A stretch of DNA of 64,000 nt from Barthelona sp. PCE (taxonomy: Eukaryota): positions 806,001 to 870,000 of the forward strand of contig JAUFOR010000002.1 of NCBI GenBank assembly GCA_040285745.1. The letters are read 5' to 3'. Made by a program: the position numbers and the translations under genes. The notes beneath the pieces were generated by a model, which was given only the letters and a program-made list of their open reading frames with translations, was not told the origin of the DNA and made no database searches. This document shows, one piece after another, positions 42,352-53,000 of the stretch; position 1 is the stretch's first letter, and the number at the start of each line of letters is the position of its first letter.

Positions 42352-43899
42352 ATGAAATCGCTGCTCTTGAGGATCCACCTCCTTTTGCTTGGGCTAATTC
42401 TTTGTACATGCGGGATTCACAAATTCTTTGAGGCTCCTTATCCTGTGAATAGGACAGCACTTTTTTTTGAGACTAAAGAGATGTTTTACCACGCTTTCGA
42501 TCACTACAAATCAATGTATGATCCCAAATCTAACACATTTCCGGACGAAATAGCACCACTTTCTTGTGAGCCTCGAAAAAGTCGATTTGTTGATAAAAAA
42601 GACAGTGGAGGCATCTCTGCTAGCGCATATGACGTGCTTGATACACTTTTTGTGCTTGGAGATTTCGAAAATATTGAGTTTATGACAGAGAAATTGTGTG
42701 CAAGATCATTACATTTTAAAGGACACGTGTCACTATTTGAGACAAACATCCGTGTTCTCGGCGGAATGCTTAGTGCACATTTACTTATGCAAGAGTTCTC
42801 AAACATAACAAACAGTTTTTATAATGATTGTTACCTATTTCAGGCAAACGAATTGGGTCACCGTCTGCTTCCTGCGTTTGACACCCCAACAGGCATGCCA
42901 TACGGTGCCATAGATCTTAATAAGGGGGTTAGGAAGAAAGAGACACCTGTTACAAACACTGCTAGCATTGGTACGCTTATCGTCGAATTTGGTGTCCTGT
43001 CGCACCTGACGGGCAACCCGATATTTTATGAGAAGGCAAAGAAAGCGGTGACAGAGTTGCACTCAAGGAGAACAAGGGTAGGCTTAGTGTGCTCACATAT
43101 GAACATCAGAACGGGAGAGTGGGAGTATCATGATACGTCACTGGGTGCCACGGTTGACTCATACTATGAATACCTACTAAAAGGATATATGTTGTTTGGT
43201 GATTTGGATCTTCTTGACATGTTTGAACAGAGCAAGAAGGTCATCGATAAATACCTAGTATTCAAAGGTTTCAATGTCCGTGTCGATTGCCGCACCGGAT
43301 ATATACAAAACATGGCGTATGATTCACTAAGTAACTTCTACCCTGCTGTGTTGTCTCTATATGGAAGCAACATCACACATGTGTACGAACAACTGCATGC
43401 TATTCATCTGATCCAGAGGCGTTTGCCCTACTTCCCTGAAAGGTTTAGTTGGAGCGCGGGTACGGCTGAAAACGGTGGCACAACGTGGCCGCTGCGACCA
43501 GAAATCGTAGAGAGTGTGTGGTATGCAAGCCAAGTGATTAATGATGACTACTTCGATGCAATAGCGGTTGATGTTCTTGAATCTTTGAAGAGAACTCGGT
43601 GCCCCTGTGGTTTCTGTGAGGTGCGTGACGCTCGCAGAGCTGTGTCGAAGAAAGACAGACAAGAATCTTTCTTGCTCTCTGAAACCTTCAAATACTTACT
43701 ACTAATGTTCTCTGACGACCTCACTCAGCGTTTTGGCACACATAAATACCTGTATAGTACAGAAGCGCACATGTTTCCGTTAGATGGTCGCTTCAATACG
43801 AAGCATCCTGACTTTCGCGGGACAAACGCCATATGTGCTCGTATAAACCGGTTCTATCGGCTCTTCAACAGGCCCCCAGTGCTGTATCCGAATGGATAG
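42352..43899 (+). CDS. GH47 alpha-1,2-mannosidase (EDEM-like)
   Basis: Motifs EMFYHAFDHY, FETNIRVLGGMLSAH, LLPAFDTPTGMPYG, DSYYEYLLK, LRPE, ESFLLSETFKYL and STEAH. Confidence 0.95.
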   Translation: MKSLLLRIHLLLLGLILCTCGIHKFFEAPYPVNRTALFFETKEMFYHAFDHYKSMYDPKSNTFPDEIAPLSCEPRKSRFVDKKDSGGISASAYDVLDTLFVLGDFENIEFMTEKLCARSLHFKGHVSLFETNIRVLGGMLSAHLLMQEFSNITNSFYNDCYLFQANELGHRLLPAFDTPTGMPYGAIDLNKGVRKKETPVTNTASIGTLIVEFGVLSHLTGNPIFYEKAKKAVTELHSRRTRVGLVCSHMNIRTGEWEYHDTSLGATVDSYYEYLLKGYMLFGDLDLLDMFEQSKKVIDKYLVFKGFNVRVDCRTGYIQNMAYDSLSNFYPAVLSLYGSNITHVYEQLHAIHLIQRRLPYFPERFSWSAGTAENGGTTWPLRPEIVESVWYASQVINDDYFDAIAVDVLESLKRTRCPCGFCEVRDARRAVSKKDRQESFLLSETFKYLLLMFSDDLTQRFGTHKYLYSTEAHMFPLDGRFNTKHPDFRGTNAICARINRFYRLFNRPPVLYPNG

Positions 43900-43900
43900 T

Positions 43901-44794
43901 TTACAACTCAGCCATGACAATGCTGGGAAAGAAGTGATAAGATGGTGTTGTCGTTTTTGCAATATATATATCACCCATTATCGTGCGCACGTTGACATTC
44001 ATCGCTGTTTCGGCTTCGTTGTGCATTGTTGCGCCAACCTGACTGCTCATTGAGAATCCTTTGTTTTCAACAACTCCCTTCTTACTGAGAATATCATACG
44101 TGAACTCAACATCTGTGTGTAGCTTAACAACGATGTTTCCTGTTGCTGTAGACGCGCTGAGGTCTGACCCGGTCATGTGGAGCGCATTAATTGTACCAAA
44201 TGTGGAGTGTACGTCAGCCATGTTGTTTGCTGTCGACTCGCGGACCTCGATGTTGCCGCTTAGCGTGCGCACGAGCAAGTCATCAACATCAGCACCCTTT
44301 ACGGTGATTTTTGTTTTCTGACCAACAATATTTGCAGTCTTAGCATGTACTCCCTTACGCAGAACAACAGAGCCCTTGTCTACAACAATTTTCAGCAAAT
44401 CTAGTACTTTGTGTCGAGGAACATAAAGTTCAACAGAGCTATGCTTATGTGTCTTTCCCTGTGAAACGTATAGTGTTGAAATACTCTTACGTTTATGTGT
44501 CTTGTGCACAAGCATGAGCTTGCTGACACCAACAACAACATCGTTTGTGTCGTGAGGGATAACCACTACCCTTGCGAATCCAGCCTGTACTACAATTCGA
44601 TCTATTTCTTCAGATGTGAATGTTTTTTGAGAGGATATGGTATCGTATCTTGTCTTGAATATGAATGAAATAACACCAACTGATAAAAAAAGAAAAAATA
44701 CGAGTGCAATTAGAGATACTGTGCTAATTATACGTCGTTTGGTTTTTGGAAGCTGGTAAAGATCGTATACGCTCACTGGTAACACTGATCGCAT
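43901..44794 (-). CDS. DUF4097 (putative adhesin) beta-strand repeat protein with N-terminal TM helix
   Basis: Repeats of x-V-x-T/S-x-x-G-x-I: VRTLSGNI, VHSTFGTI, ASTATGNI and VRTIMGDI. Confidence 0.7.
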   Translation of the reverse strand: MRSVLPVSVYDLYQLPKTKRRIISTVSLIALVFFLFLSVGVISFIFKTRYDTISSQKTFTSEEIDRIVVQAGFARVVVIPHDTNDVVVGVSKLMLVHKTHKRKSISTLYVSQGKTHKHSSVELYVPRHKVLDLLKIVVDKGSVVLRKGVHAKTANIVGQKTKITVKGADVDDLLVRTLSGNIEVRESTANNMADVHSTFGTINALHMTGSDLSASTATGNIVVKLHTDVEFTYDILSKKGVVENKGFSMSSQVGATMHNEAETAMNVNVRTIMGDIYIAKTTTPSYHFFPSIVMAEL

Positions 44795-44971
44795 GTTTAT
44801 GGTCTCGAGAACGTGAAATAAGAGATTTAAACAATACTTAGTATTTTCACTTAGTTTGTAGGTTCGTAGTTTTTTTTTAATCAGCCTTTTTGGACATGAA
44901 TCCTCATATGCGGCTGGTAAATGGTTAAAAACATACCCAACACATCACTTTTACTTTTACAACTCATAAGT

Positions 44972-45240
44972 TGATTTTCTTCCAGAGTCTCATCCATGTT
45001 AACGGGTAGTAAGGGGAGTAAACAGATTCTTTCCAGAGATCTAAGTTCGGATATGGTGCCACATACGCTACCTTCTTCAGAGTTTGGAAATCCATACATC
45101 TGAAAAATGGTAGTATTTCAATTACTAAATAATACAATAAAATAAATAGGAAACCCTAAAATGGTGAGAAATTGAAATACACCCGCATACGTTCTATTCC
45201 ATTCTATGTTCAAAATCAATTACAGGATCGTCCTGATCAG
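44972..45240 (-). repeat. Element B, copy 2 (uninterrupted, empty-site form)
   Basis: Reverse complement of 8043-8059 joined directly to 8291-8544. Contains an internal inverted repeat GTATTTCAATT..AATTGAAATAC. Confidence 0.9.
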
Positions 45241-45767
45241 AGCTAAAACCCAAATATTTGATTCTACACAGTATTGTGATACAGCAAAAAAGCCATAATA
45301 ACCTTTAAATATCTGAAATTGTGCTACAAAGAAGAAAAAATATTCAACAAAAAATAAAAAAGAGCAGGTTTTTTTCATTACATAGAAAGCAAAGGTTTTT
45401 CACTAAAGGGAAGTTTAATCCGATATTTATGTTAATTTTCATAAATAAAGAAAGAATGAAATTGAACAGTTTCAACAAACTTATATTTCTCTATCGCAAG
45501 CCAATCGTACATAGATTTACATTACACACTCATGTACACTGAACATATTGCAAGTTCAATACAGTCTGAGCTTTGCCTGAGATCAAAGGATCAGGTTTGG
45601 CAGTTTGGGTCCTGCAAAGAAATTTAGTTATAGTCTGCTTAATTTAATCATACAGGGGGAGTCACACCCATGGTAAAGCATCACAGAAGCTATAAAATAA
45701 GGAAATTAAACATTAGTATTGAAAACTTTTTTCTTACCTTTATTACTTAACTTACTCGTTATCTGTA

Positions 45768-46250
45768 ATGTCCGACTTCGAAGTTCAAACCATTGAAAAC
45801 ACTGGCTCTTCCTGTTCGTTTAAACACGCCACGGAGATCAAAAAGGGCGAGGTAATTAAGATACAAGACTGCCCCTGCAGTGTCAAGTCGTTCCGTCATG
45901 TCCGCAATGGAAAACATGGTCACGTCCGCGTTGTCTTTAACGCGTACCATGTTTTCTCCGGTCGTAAATACGAATGGATGGTTTCTGGTGATAGTATTGT
46001 CTCTGTTGTTGATGTCGAGCGTGTCAACATGGTCGTTCAGGCCATGAATAATGGTGCCTGCGACCTCATGGACCTTGAGACTTTCGAGCTTTTCGAGGGT
46101 GTTCCGATTAAACCGGATCAAGTTGCTACTGTCGAAAAAGCATATAACAAGATCGATCCCAATGGTTCAAAGGAGATGATTGCTATGGTCTCGCGTGCTT
46201 TAGACCTAGAGTACGTTGCTGCATACAAGCTCCAGGAAATGGAGTACTAA
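45768..46250 (+). CDS. eIF5A: Translation factor eIF5A-like protein with divergent hypusine loop
   Basis: IKKGEVIKIQDCPC..GKHGH..FSGRKYE pattern, 160 aa. Confidence 0.85.
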   Translation: MSDFEVQTIENTGSSCSFKHATEIKKGEVIKIQDCPCSVKSFRHVRNGKHGHVRVVFNAYHVFSGRKYEWMVSGDSIVSVVDVERVNMVVQAMNNGACDLMDLETFELFEGVPIKPDQVATVEKAYNKIDPNGSKEMIAMVSRALDLEYVAAYKLQEMEY

Positions 46251-46289
46251 TTCTTCGCTGAAGGCCTTTAAATTCTAATAAATCTTTTC

Positions 46290-47945
46290 CTACTCATTAC
46301 TCAATTCTAAAAGCAATTTTAGTACAGTTTCAATGTAATCTTCATGAATATAATTCAAAAATTGATTATTATCCAACAAGAAGAATGACGCCATTATATT
46401 CAAGTTCAAATTCAAGTGTTTAGACTGCATCAACTTGAATTCCGCCTCAGAAAGTGGGTAGTCGTATTCAGCAGAGAAACGAAATAAAAGAAAAAGAGTA
46501 ACACTATAAAGCACCAGAATTCTTTTCTCAACTGCACTTTGCGAATAAAAATCCCGAATTTTTTCAATCAAAACAGAGCAAACATTAATGTCGGTGCCTC
46601 CATGAGTTTGAAGAAGTTCACAAAACGCAACAGTCAACAAAAGACCATGATAAAAGTCGTTATACAAGTGTATTGACAGAATACGCCTCATTGAAGCATG
46701 TAAAACATTGTGATTTGTGAACATACCGAGTTCTCTGCCCCTAAAAGCCAGAAATAAAAACTGTTTCGAGGTTAAAAAAGGGGCATACTCTAAAAATGTT
46801 CCAAAAATGTTAAGTAATCTTCTATTCATACCGTACTCCACGATAAACGCTGCAAGTTGCGGAGTGACATCAACACTACATTCGTGTAAAATGGAAGTTA
46901 TGTCATCTATAGTAATATTTTCTCCACAGTGAACACTTATCTCCACGTATCTACATATCAAATCCGCCCTATCATCTTTCTTTAGGCTTTCTGCGTTGCT
47001 GAGTAGATGTAAATAAAACTCTTTCACAATTTCTTTCTTCTTCATATCAAAACTTAACACAATTGAGTTGATGTGTTTAACCAATACAATCATTCTAGGA
47101 CTTGCCTTATTAACTCTGTTGAGGCTCTTTAGGTTGTACTCCTGCACTGCTGTGATGGGGACATCGTTAAATTCAAAGAATTTGAAAAAATTACACAATG
47201 ATGAAAAACTACGAGTTGAAACAAATGATTGAAAGCAATTTAGGAAATCAAAGTTTTGATTAACAAACGAATAGTAACTTCTTGCGGCCCTGCTACAGTG
47301 AGGAATATGTATTTTGAGCTTTCTGAAGCTCTGAAAATCCGAAAGAGACTTATTAATAAGCTGAACAATCTCTCCATCATCCCACAATATAACATCACCC
47401 TTCGCCGCTGTCTCAATATCAATATCCAACTCAAGTCCAAACACTTCAAGTTGATACTTGAACACCAGTTTCACATCATGTGAGAAACCTGCTTCAAAAA
47501 CTTGCGTAAAGAACTTATGATGCTCTGAAACTACTAAGATACGCTGCACGACCGGGATAATAAACCTAAGCATCTTTTCGTGCAATAATGTATCACTAGC
47601 TTCAACAAATGGAATGAGGAGCGAAAACGGTTCATACACTGATGCAAAGTGCTTGAACGTCTCTAAAAAGTCATTAAGAGCGTTTCTGACAAAGCGCATG
47701 GTATACTTTCCTGATTTAATAACCTCCAAATTGAAATTTAACAAGGAAATGTGGAAATCGTAACACTGCGGATATTTTGAAACACAAAACCTTAAGAAAG
47801 ATGATGTATACCCAGCAGTAAACTTGCCCTCGTTGTAGGTATCTTTAAAAACCCTTAAATATTGCATTAAAGTGCTTTGATCCGTGCTCTGTGTTAAAGC
47901 AAGGAATTTGGGCACATCTTCAATCCCAAGCCCCTTTGACAACAT
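46290..47945 (-). CDS. Hypothetical alpha-helical protein (551 aa)
   Basis: Long Leu/Phe-rich ORF with no recognisable motif. Confidence 0.7.
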   Translation of the reverse strand: MLSKGLGIEDVPKFLALTQSTDQSTLMQYLRVFKDTYNEGKFTAGYTSSFLRFCVSKYPQCYDFHISLLNFNLEVIKSGKYTMRFVRNALNDFLETFKHFASVYEPFSLLIPFVEASDTLLHEKMLRFIIPVVQRILVVSEHHKFFTQVFEAGFSHDVKLVFKYQLEVFGLELDIDIETAAKGDVILWDDGEIVQLINKSLSDFQSFRKLKIHIPHCSRAARSYYSFVNQNFDFLNCFQSFVSTRSFSSLCNFFKFFEFNDVPITAVQEYNLKSLNRVNKASPRMIVLVKHINSIVLSFDMKKKEIVKEFYLHLLSNAESLKKDDRADLICRYVEISVHCGENITIDDITSILHECSVDVTPQLAAFIVEYGMNRRLLNIFGTFLEYAPFLTSKQFLFLAFRGRELGMFTNHNVLHASMRRILSIHLYNDFYHGLLLTVAFCELLQTHGGTDINVCSVLIEKIRDFYSQSAVEKRILVLYSVTLFLLFRFSAEYDYPLSEAEFKLMQSKHLNLNLNIMASFFLLDNNQFLNYIHEDYIETVLKLLLELSNE

Positions 47946-48026
47946 ATATCAAATGTTGAAAAAGTATTTAAAAGCCTTACAATCCTAGTTCCCGTTTATC
48001 TACTCATTTCTTGTTTGTTTTCTATT

Positions 48027-49886
48027 ATGGACATTCAAAAGCTCAGATATTCTTTAGAAGCTAAATTGAATGTGCTTTATCCCTTAAGCACTGATGTGTA
48101 TGAAAAGACTTTGGGAATTGTGGATCGTTATATTGAAAACGAATCAACACCCACAAAAAAGAGTGCTATATCTGCAGCAGACAATCTTCTCATCACTTAT
48201 GGAGACTCTTTGATAGACGATTCAGATGAAAATCAGAAAACTCCACTTGCCTATTTACAACAGTTTCTGGATGAAAGAGCTCCAGAAATCACAGGTGTCC
48301 ACCTGCTGCCATTTTGTCCATACACATCTGACGATGGATTTTCAGTCGTTGATTATAGAAAAATTAATCCAGAGTTAGGATCTTGGGATGACGTTAAAAA
48401 TCTGGCAAAAGAGAGGTCGCTTATGTTCGACCTTGTACTTAACCACTGTAGTCAGAAGAGCGAGTACTTCGAACAAGCTAAAAAAGAATTTTTCGAGGGT
48501 AACCTTGACAACATGGTGAAGTTCTTCCACATTTTTGAGAAAGATCCGAGTGAACTTGGTATTGATTACTCTGGCGTAACGCGCCCTCGTCCCTGGCCCC
48601 TTTTCAGTAAGTACGATGATGAAAATAGCGAAAAGAGCCTTTATGCCTGGACAACTTTTTCCGATGATCAGGTTGATCTAAACTTCAACGAACCACAGGT
48701 CTTCCTTGAGTTCCTGGACGTGTATCTCAGCTACCTTGCCAATGGTGCAACATATGTAAGACTCGATGCAGTAGGTTTTCTGTGGAAGGTGTTTGGAACT
48801 ACTTGCATGCATCTGAACGAGACTCATGAGGTAATAAGATGTCTGAGAATCGCCACGTTGCTTGCTTTTGGTTCAAAGGGTGACTGTAGATACGTAATTA
48901 CTGAGACAAACGTACCTCATAAAGAGAATGTCAGTTATTTCGGTTTAACCGAAGAAATTGCTGTTGGTGGTTTCGAGCAGGAGGCCCAGTTAGTCTACAA
49001 CTTCACATTGCCTCCGCTGTTGCTTACAACTCTCGCTACTGGTAACGTTAGCGTTCTTGCTAAATGGGCCAACTCACTCGCTGAATCAACTGATGAGTGC
49101 GCTCGTCGCTTCGCTGAAGACGGAGCGTCAACTGTCAGTACAATGTTTAACTTCACTGCATCTCACGACGGTGTGGGTCTGCGTCCTCTTGAGGGTATCG
49201 TTCCTCAAGAAGCTGTTGACACGCTTACTGATCGCATGGAAAGGCTGGGTTCAAAGTTCAACATGCGCACAAAACCTGACGGTTCCAAGTCGGTGTACGA
49301 GATGAACGTTACTTACTTCGATGCCTGTGGTCTGATCGACGGTGAAAATGATGCACCATCCACAGTTCAGCATATCAAAACACTGCTCGGAAAGGAATGT
49401 TCAACGATGCTGGCAACAAAGATCCAGAGGTTCATGCTGACTCAATCGTTCGCTCTCTCGCTGATTGGTCTGCCTGGTATATACATTCACTCTCTGTTGG
49501 GCAGCAGTAACTGGACTGAAGGAATTGAAGAACATGGTCACAACAGAGCTATCAACAGAAAGAAGTACACCCGTACTGAGATCGAAGCTATGTTCTCTAA
49601 TGAGACATCACAGCACTCGATAGTTTTTGCATACTATAAGAAGATGTTACGCGTTCGTGCGGGTCATTCCGATTTATTCTGTCTAGATGCTCCTATGATT
49701 GTAGATAAGGAGAATGATAGTGTCATCTGTGTGCGTCGTGTAGCTGAGAATAGAGAAATTGAGTGTATATTCAACTTTAGTGCTGAGACTGTTATTGTAG
49801 AACGTAGCAACAGGATAGATGCAATCTCTAACAATTCTTTCAACGGAGAACTCCCTCCTTTTGGCTTTGTTTGGCTTCTTGAATAA
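48027..49886 (+). CDS. GH13_18 sugar phosphorylase, glucosylglycerate phosphorylase (YcjM) type
   Basis: Motifs LITYGDS, HLLPF.PYTSDDGFSVVDY, TRPR, WTTFSDDQVDLNF, RLDAVGFLWK, ITETNVPHKENVSYFG, ASHDGVGLRP and YEMNVTYFDA. Confidence 0.9.
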   Translation: MDIQKLRYSLEAKLNVLYPLSTDVYEKTLGIVDRYIENESTPTKKSAISAADNLLITYGDSLIDDSDENQKTPLAYLQQFLDERAPEITGVHLLPFCPYTSDDGFSVVDYRKINPELGSWDDVKNLAKERSLMFDLVLNHCSQKSEYFEQAKKEFFEGNLDNMVKFFHIFEKDPSELGIDYSGVTRPRPWPLFSKYDDENSEKSLYAWTTFSDDQVDLNFNEPQVFLEFLDVYLSYLANGATYVRLDAVGFLWKVFGTTCMHLNETHEVIRCLRIATLLAFGSKGDCRYVITETNVPHKENVSYFGLTEEIAVGGFEQEAQLVYNFTLPPLLLTTLATGNVSVLAKWANSLAESTDECARRFAEDGASTVSTMFNFTASHDGVGLRPLEGIVPQEAVDTLTDRMERLGSKFNMRTKPDGSKSVYEMNVTYFDACGLIDGENDAPSTVQHIKTLLGKECSTMLATKIQRFMLTQSFALSLIGLPGIYIHSLLGSSNWTEGIEEHGHNRAINRKKYTRTEIEAMFSNETSQHSIVFAYYKKMLRVRAGHSDLFCLDAPMIVDKENDSVICVRRVAENREIECIFNFSAETVIVERSNRIDAISNNSFNGELPPFGFVWLLE

Positions 49887-50063
49887 ACATCAATTCTACC
49901 TGCATTGTGAAAATATTCCATTCACAATCATTTGTTAAATTCACAGAGTTGACTTATTGAATTCGTAATTGTATACAATTTGAAGGTATGTAAAAGTGTG
50001 TTTACAGTGGATAACTTGTTTTAACTAATCTCTCTTTTTCCTAACATTTATCTTTATTAAAGT

Positions 50064-53000
50064 ATGAAAAGGGAACTTTCAGAGGAAGAAATCCAAGACA
50101 GAGAGCCATTCAAATTCGGATCTATGGAAAAGAGCAAGAACATTGATCTTTTTGCTTCTAGAACACGTGTATCACGAAAGGATGCATCAAAACTCATCAA
50201 GAATATTAAGAATCTCACAGGAGGAGATGAGGGGCCTATTATTGAGCGCATTTCAGGACAAGACTATATGCTTTTTATGCCTGAGATTCTCTCTGCACTT
50301 TTTACTTCGCCTTTACGCACTAACGATGACATTGTTGCTGCTGCAAAGATCATTAGCGTTGTTACACAAAAGTATGGAGTTGAAGAACTCCATTCCCAAT
50401 TAGATAGTATTCTTGCACCCGTTATGCCCAATAGAAAGGAGGCTCTCGGCCAGAAGCCAAGCAACGACCGAATCACACGCCTCAAGCTTCGTCGTGCATA
50501 TTTAAAGTTGGTTAGTGAGCTGCATTATTTGGGTGTAGTAGATTCTCTTTTCCATTTCATTAAACAACAATTACGCGATTTCGAGTTCATCACAACGGTA
50601 GATTCTGTCCCAGCTCTTCCTGTACTTATGGGATTCCTTCAATCTCATCTATGGGTAATTTACAATGATACCGATATAATGCCATTCTTGAAGAAGTATT
50701 CAAAAGGTTTATGCAAGGTTTATGAATCGATCAATCAACGTGGTATTGAACTGAGATCGAAACAGATGCACACAATTTCCAAAGGTTCTCTGCATGACTT
50801 CACCAGCGAGATCGAGCAGCTTGATTCCTTTGAAAAGAAGTTGAGATTATCACTAGAAGGCCTGTGCACACTCTTTGAGCTTGAAAAGCCTTGGGAGAAA
50901 ATTGATCTTGTTGTTGAGGCTGAGGTTGAAGTGGCGGACATCACAACCACTGCGAAAGAGGATGAGTACTTCCCCTTTGACGATAAAACCGACTATGGTT
51001 TCTACAGAACCATCCCCGATCTCACAGACTATATGCAATGTGTTGCTGAGGAGGAAAATGAGAAGGAGGAAGAAGAGGAAGAATATGAACCTGAGGAGAT
51101 TAGTGGCGAAATGGAAAGTGAGGAACGAGAGTTAAGTCCGATTCAGTGCTGGCTTAACAATTATGTTAGAAATCCAGACATTGTTTTGCACAAAACGAAT
51201 TTTATGGAGATGTTCAAGGAGTTCGCTCGCATACATACAAGAAATTATGTTAAGAAATTGATTCCACGTGTAATTTTGCTACATTCAAACAATAATATGT
51301 TCAATATTAGTTACTATGCAAAATTCTTAAAGGCTGTGAGCATGCTGTATCCAAACATCATACAGGTTGTGAGGAATATAATGATCAAGTTCCTCGATTT
51401 CACTGTCAAAGGTGGACACGATATCAAGCACATTCGTGAGAGTGTTAAGCAGCAAAAGATGCTGCACTTCCTTGTTGAGCTTTTCAAATTCTCATTCTTT
51501 GAAGGAAGCACACTTGAGGAGATGAAGGAAATGAGCGGCGAGTCGCCGCTCAACGACGACGACAAATTCATTTTCCGCTACATTGTTTTGTTGATGGAAG
51601 AACTTGTGGGCAACAACATTGACCACATTTGTTTCTTGTTGCAGGCAGTTGGACGTACTATTCTCCGTAAAAGCGCCACCCGTAACGAGATGCTGAGCCG
51701 TTTGGGCGAGCTCAACGAGAGGCTGAAGCTGGGTGTTTTTAAGCGTAAAACCATTGCAGTTAAGCATGCCCTGAGTCTGTGCTTCTTGAGCTCTGGTCAG
51801 CAAATGCTGCAGAGCTATTCGGAGGCATATATTGAGCACATTTTTGATGAGATTTTTGATTCAACTCCTGTTGAAACCCTCTTGGAAGTACTCAACACGC
51901 TTCCTCTGGGTGAGCTGGCCAATTTCGGGGGATATCCCGCCCTCGAGCACGAAGATGGTGAAGAAGTCATCATGATCGACACTGGTCTAACTGTACAAGA
52001 GTTTGTTATTATATGCCTGGTTAAGCAGGCAATGAAGAGTGAACAGTGCTCACATCACCTTGCGTTATTTCTTCAAGGTTCAATGAACGCATATCCTAGT
52101 TTGGTACTTGAGGTTCTCGTTACAACATTTGGCTTGTTACACCAGTTTTATGAGAGAGAGATTGAGTTATTCAATGACACAATTGAGTTTGATGTGAATG
52201 ATCCTGTTCTCAAATTGTATGCTCGACGTAATCTTCTTCTGTTCTGTGTCATTGTTGTTTTTACTCCAAAACTTACGACATCACAATTCCGCAAGATTGA
52301 TATCCTCAATATTGTACAGCGACTGCTTGTTCTCCCTGTTTCAAAGGAGTTTTTGTTTGAGTTGACAGAGAAGACCAGCACTCGCCACGAGTCTATGCGT
52401 GCTCTCATCAACTTCCGTATCATTGGGCTCGCAACAGTGTTTGGATATCACCATGTCCACAGCGGATTGGGAAAAGATATTCACGCGTTCTGGCAACCGT
52501 TCTGTGATTTAATGAACGGTCTTGCTCAGTTTGACCTTGTACGATACAATGCGCTTTGTTTGTTTGATAGGGTCATGAAGAAGTATCAAGAGGACAAGAA
52601 GAAGGAGATTGTAGAAATTGAGTTTGCCGAGTTCTCCGACGTTGAAGAATCCGAAGAGGAGGAAGAGGACGAAGAGACGCAGCGCCTTGCTGATGAAGAA
52701 TTTGACAAGGAGTACAGTAGCATGCTCGAGGAGGCATCAAGAACTGCGCACGGACAACAGACCAGCGACCGTCTGGACAGATTAAAAGTGAGTACGGTTA
52801 TCCAGTCTGACATGAGAGAGCGCACGACGCGCCGCTATGGCCTTCTCACATCAAAGGGTGGAAAACCAATTATCAAGCAGACCAGTCTAACTGTTAGTGC
52901 TGATCGCGAAAGGATGGTGACTGTGGAACGCAGCCGAAGGCAAGAGAGGGATGTTTCTCTCCATCAGAAGTTCATTGACAGGTTCGACTCGGACAGTGAG

